This document shows, one piece after another, positions 34,191 through 37,833 of a DNA stretch of 37,833 nucleotides (position 1 is the first letter of the stretch; every line of letters begins with the position of its first letter). Source of the DNA: Sphingomonadales bacterium (GTDB taxonomy: Bacteria; Pseudomonadota; Alphaproteobacteria; Sphingomonadales; Sphingomonadaceae); assembly GCA_038326915.1 (NCBI GenBank), contig JBBQKM010000001.1, positions 1 to 37,833 on the forward strand. Direction: 5' to 3'. The translations under genes were made by a program, and so were the position numbers. Under the pieces are notes generated by a model. That model ran no database searches and was not told where the DNA came from. It was given only the letters and a program-made list of their open reading frames with translations.

Positions 34191-35615
34191 ATGCGCGCGG
34201 CGGCGCGGTCACTGGCGGGGGCGCTGCTGCTGGCGGCAGCGCGTCCGGCGATTGCGGCGGGGTGTGACAGCCTCGCCGCCGCAGCCATCCCGGGCGCGAC
34301 CGTCACCGGCGTCAGCACCGTCACCAGCCTGACCGCCTATGGCAAGGTCGTCGCCCTGCCAGCGCCGGCCTGCCAGTTGCTGCTGACCGCGCGGCCCAGT
34401 GCCGATTCCGACGTGCGAATCGCCGTGCTGATCCCGCAGGGCAAGGCGTGGAACGGCAAGTTCGTCCAGGTCGGCAATGGCGGCTTTGCCGGGCAGATCC
34501 CCTGGGGTTCGCTGGCAACCGCAGTCGCCAAGGGCTATGCCGCCGCCGGCACCGACGACGGCCATCAGGACGAGGATGGCGAATCGGCGAAATGGGCGCT
34601 CGGTCACCCCGAGAAGGTCACGGATTTCGGGTGGCGGGCGGTCAAGACCACCACCGATGTCGCCAACGCCGTGCTCGCCGCCTATGGCGCGGCGCCGCAA
34701 CGCCGCTATTTCGTCGGCTGTTCCGATGGCGGCCGCGAGGCGCTGATGACCGCGCAGCGCTTTCCGCAGGATTTCGATGGCATTGTCGCTGGCGCGCCGG
34801 CTTGGGCCTGGACGCGGCTGATCGGCAACATGGGCGAAATGCTCAAACAGTCGCTGGCGCCGGGGCAGGCGCTGCCACCGGCCAAGCTGCCGGCACTGCA
34901 GGCGGCGGCGCTGAAGGCGTGCGGCGCGGGCAAATATGTCGCCGATCCGCGCAGCTGCCGCTTCGATCCGGGCACAATTGCCTGCAAGACAACCGACACC
35001 GACCAGTGCCTGACGCCGGCACAGGTGGCAACGGTGCGCATGGCCTATGCCGGCCGCACCGATCCGGTCTCCGGGCGACACTTTCCCGGCCTGATGCCGG
35101 GCGCCGAAGCGGAGCCCGGCAGCTGGGCATGGTGGGGCCGGGCCGCCGACGCCGGGGACATTGCCGATGCCAACAGCCGCGGCTTCCCGTGGAATTTCTT
35201 TGCGTTTCTGGTCAGGGACGACCCGAAGTTCGACCTGCGGACATTGACCGATGCCGACATCATCGCCGGCTACCAACGCTGGGGCGCAACGCTCGACGCC
35301 GACAACCCCGATCTGCGGGCCTTCAAGGCGCGTGGCGGCAAGCTGATCGGTTTCCACGGCTGGAACGATCCGGCGATTCCACCCGGCCTGAGCACCGAAT
35401 ATTTCAAGACAGTGCAAGCGGCGACGCCGGATACCGACAGCTTCTATCGGCTTTTCATGGTGCCGGGCATGCTCCACTGCCGCGGCGGCGACGCACCGGT
35501 CGATGTCGACTGGTACGCCGAAATCGATCGCTGGGTCGAAAGCGGCACGCCGCCCGCAACCCTGGTTGCCACCAACCCCGACGGCCGCAGCCAGACGCTC
35601 AGCGCCGAGCGCTAA
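34191..35615 (+). CDS. Tannase/feruloyl esterase family alpha/beta hydrolase (secreted)
   Basis: Signal peptide; WNGKF...GNGGFAG, TDDGH, GCSDGGRE (Ser), HGWNDP (Asp), PGMLHCRGG (His). Confidence 0.93.
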   Translation: MRAAARSLAGALLLAAARPAIAAGCDSLAAAAIPGATVTGVSTVTSLTAYGKVVALPAPACQLLLTARPSADSDVRIAVLIPQGKAWNGKFVQVGNGGFAGQIPWGSLATAVAKGYAAAGTDDGHQDEDGESAKWALGHPEKVTDFGWRAVKTTTDVANAVLAAYGAAPQRRYFVGCSDGGREALMTAQRFPQDFDGIVAGAPAWAWTRLIGNMGEMLKQSLAPGQALPPAKLPALQAAALKACGAGKYVADPRSCRFDPGTIACKTTDTDQCLTPAQVATVRMAYAGRTDPVSGRHFPGLMPGAEAEPGSWAWWGRAADAGDIADANSRGFPWNFFAFLVRDDPKFDLRTLTDADIIAGYQRWGATLDADNPDLRAFKARGGKLIGFHGWNDPAIPPGLSTEYFKTVQAATPDTDSFYRLFMVPGMLHCRGGDAPVDVDWYAEIDRWVESGTPPATLVATNPDGRSQTLSAER

Positions 35616-35618
35616 AAC

Positions 35619-36683
35619 CTAGCCGGCGTCGCGCACCAGCCGGACCAGAAGCCCCGGGAGCCCCGGGTAACTCGCCTGGTGATAGGCCGATTCAGGTGGC
35701 ATTGCCGCCTTCAAGCGGCGGTGTGCCTCGCCCAACGCATGATAGGGCACGCCGGGCAGCAGATGGTGCAACGCGTGATAACGCAGCCCGACCGGCGCCC
35801 ACAGCGCCGGCAGCAGCGCCGGCGGCGGCACGTTGACGCTATCGAGATACTGGCCGGTCACCGTCAGCACCGCGCCGTCGTTTTCCCACAGATGCGCGAC
35901 CAGCGTGCGAATCTGGTTGAGCATCGTCACCGCCGCGGCGATGGCGATAGCGATGGCAAAGCCGCGCCACGGGATCCAGCCCGTCGCTACGCCGGTCAGC
36001 AGTGCGATCGCCCAGGCGCTGGCGGCGGTTTCCCAGATCGCCCAATGCCGGGCAAAGGCGCCTTCGGGCGCGCGGCGACGGAAGTCCGGGTTGATCGACA
36101 GCGCCGAATAGCGCGCCACGAGCACCCGGCGCAGCGGCGGGATCACCAGCGACAGCGGCGCCAGTACGCCATAGCGCAGCAGCAGCGCGATCGGTGCCAG
36201 CGCCGAAACAGCCACGAACACCGGCACCGTCCAGGGCTTCATCAGCGCCAGCGGCAGATATTCGGGGTCCTCGGCAGTGCCATAGCGGGTGCGGGCATGG
36301 TGCAGACTATGGACGTTTTCATACATGAACGACGGCACCAGCAGCGGCACACCGACGATCATGTTCCAGACGGTGCGGAACCCCGGCACGGCGTCGGGCC
36401 GCAGATGGGTGATTTCATGGATGAAGCTGCCGGCACGATAAAGCGCCAGGATGGCCACGACGACGCCGAGCGCCTGTCCCCAGCCGGCGGCCGTGACGGC
36501 GACGGCAAGCCCGGCATAGCCGAGCAAGGCCGAGCCGAGGAAATCCGCCCAATAGACCGCCGGACGCGCCGCCGACAGGTCTCGCGTCAACTGCGCCGCC
36601 ATGCGGATCATCGCGGGATCGTCGGGGCGCTGGACGCGGGCAGCCCCGGCGGCAGCGACATGATTGGTGGCTTGAATGGTCAT
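35619..36683 (-). CDS. Membrane fatty-acid desaturase/hydroxylase family protein
   Basis: His boxes HEITH, HSLHH, HALHH; AGGA SD. Confidence 0.88.
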   Translation of the reverse strand: MTIQATNHVAAAGAARVQRPDDPAMIRMAAQLTRDLSAARPAVYWADFLGSALLGYAGLAVAVTAAGWGQALGVVVAILALYRAGSFIHEITHLRPDAVPGFRTVWNMIVGVPLLVPSFMYENVHSLHHARTRYGTAEDPEYLPLALMKPWTVPVFVAVSALAPIALLLRYGVLAPLSLVIPPLRRVLVARYSALSINPDFRRRAPEGAFARHWAIWETAASAWAIALLTGVATGWIPWRGFAIAIAIAAAVTMLNQIRTLVAHLWENDGAVLTVTGQYLDSVNVPPPALLPALWAPVGLRYHALHHLLPGVPYHALGEAHRRLKAAMPPESAYHQASYPGLPGLLVRLVRDAG

Positions 36684-36826
36684 CAAATCCTGGCGGCACT
36701 ATTCTGGACGAACGCTCCCTAGCGCCGAATTGCGTCGCGGATATGGCGATTGCGCGGCGCGTTGCCAGTCCGGCGCGACGATCTGTCAGCGGGGGCGCCT
36801 TTCAGCACACCCAAATGGCCCTGGTT

Positions 36827-37576
36827 TCAGCCGGCGGGGCAGCCGGTCGCGGCGGGGGCGCGCGACAGTTCCGCCCGCGCCGCAGCAAGATCGGCCTTGA
36901 ACGCCGCATCAGCCTGCAACGCCCGAAACAGGGCGTCGCCCAGCTTGCGTCCCGCAGCGACATCGCTCGGCCAGTGAACCCGGCAGACGACGCGGTTGTC
37001 GCCGAGCCGGTCGCCCCACGCCGCCAGCGCCGCGGCGCGCGCCGGCAGCGCCGCACCGAGCACAACGGCGACAAGCCGGCCCTGCGCGGCGTGACCACTG
37101 GGATAGGCATAGCTGAGCACGCCGCCGGTGCTGCCGCCGACGCTGCCCAGGGTGCGCGGGTCGCAGGTGCGTGTATCGGCAGCACCAACATAAGGGCGAT
37201 TGCGCCGGAACGCCTTTTTCGCGGCTTCGACCGGCTGCGACAGATCGGTGACCGATCGCGCGATCAGGCGCGTCGCCGCCGGTGATGCCGAGACCTCGAC
37301 CCCGGCAGCGCAGGCGATTTCGGCAGCGACTTCAGGTCCTGATGGATAGACTTGGCGGCTGGCCTGCCGCCAGTGCGGACTGCCGATGGCGGCCGCCGTC
37401 CGCGCGAAACCGGCTGTTTCGGCGGCAGCAGCCGGCGAACCCGCCGCCGGCGGCCCGGCGAGCAGCTGGCGATAGTCGATCGCCACGCCGTAGCCGGCGG
37501 GGCGATCGAACGCATAGGCCAGCGCCGCGGCGCCGATGAGCCCGAGCCCGCCGAGGATGACGGCGCCGTGCCGCAT
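36827..37576 (-). CDS. PAP2 family / class A non-specific acid phosphatase
   Basis: KKAFRRNRP, YPSGH, RVVCRVHWPSDV; N-terminal signal/anchor. Confidence 0.9.
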   Translation of the reverse strand: MRHGAVILGGLGLIGAAALAYAFDRPAGYGVAIDYRQLLAGPPAAGSPAAAAETAGFARTAAAIGSPHWRQASRQVYPSGPEVAAEIACAAGVEVSASPAATRLIARSVTDLSQPVEAAKKAFRRNRPYVGAADTRTCDPRTLGSVGGSTGGVLSYAYPSGHAAQGRLVAVVLGAALPARAAALAAWGDRLGDNRVVCRVHWPSDVAAGRKLGDALFRALQADAAFKADLAAARAELSRAPAATGCPAG

Positions 37577-37833
37577 CAGCCAGCGGGACAGGCGAGTGGC
37601 GGCGCCTTGGCCAGTTCGTCGCGGGCGCGGGCGACATCGGCCTGATATTCAGGCTCGGCCACGATCCGGTCATAGACCGCGGTGGCCAGCACCCGGCCAT
37701 AGGCGACGTCGCTCAACCAATGCACGCGGCAGGCGACGCGCAGATCACCGGTTTCCTGGCCGAAGCGGCGGATGCTGTCGGCATGGCCGGGCGCCGCGTC
37801 GGACAGCACGAGCGCCCACAGCCAGCCGACCCC
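37576..37833 (-). CDS. Second PAP2/acid phosphatase, C-terminal part (start beyond the right edge)
   Basis: ...WALVLSD...RVACRVHWLSDV...CPAG*; TGATG overlap with the next phosphatase. Confidence 0.85.
   Translation of the reverse strand, partial: GVGWLWALVLSDAAPGHADSIRRFGQETGDLRVACRVHWLSDVAYGRVLATAVYDRIVAEPEYQADVARARDELAKAPPLACPAG

Noticed and set aside
1-37833. CRISPR array, tRNA, rRNA, IS or prophage genes
   Set aside because: No regularly spaced repeats, cloverleaf or rRNA signatures, or transposase, integrase or phage motifs were recognised by eye. tRNAscan-SE, Infernal and ISEScan would confirm.

Overview
GC-rich alphaproteobacterial chromosomal segment. PEPxxWA-CTERM proteins, a bCerS-like gene next to lptF/lptG, DUF1013/TrcR and an EcfG-type promoter suggest Sphingomonadales (inference). 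It holds about 40 CDS and no rRNA, tRNA, CRISPR array, transposase or integrase that I can see. Core genes: Lhr-like DEXH helicase (partial) and its partner exonuclease, efp/epmA, pyrD, ggt, a long-chain acyl-CoA ligase, xth, lptF/lptG, trcR, kynU, a tandem acyl-CoA dehydrogenase pair, a tannase/feruloyl esterase, a fatty-acid desaturase and two tandem PAP2 phosphatases. There is also a type III PKS-methyltransferase-FAD oxidoreductase operon. The most interesting unexplained structures: (1) a low-GC orphan gene bracketed by two related ~29-bp imperfect palindromes, with its stop codon inside the downstream one, like a mobile gene cassette; (2) an 8-codon leader peptide (MLELVAGR) that can base-pair with the start region of a YjhX/TopAI-family toxin gene, a likely ribosome-stalling attenuator; (3) an orphan protein next to epmA with a CNF1/CheD-like Cys-x14-His motif; (4) a Cys-rich 18-aa uORF coupled to xth; (5) a recurring leaderless promoter layout. 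All protein family calls come from motif recognition by eye, not database searches.
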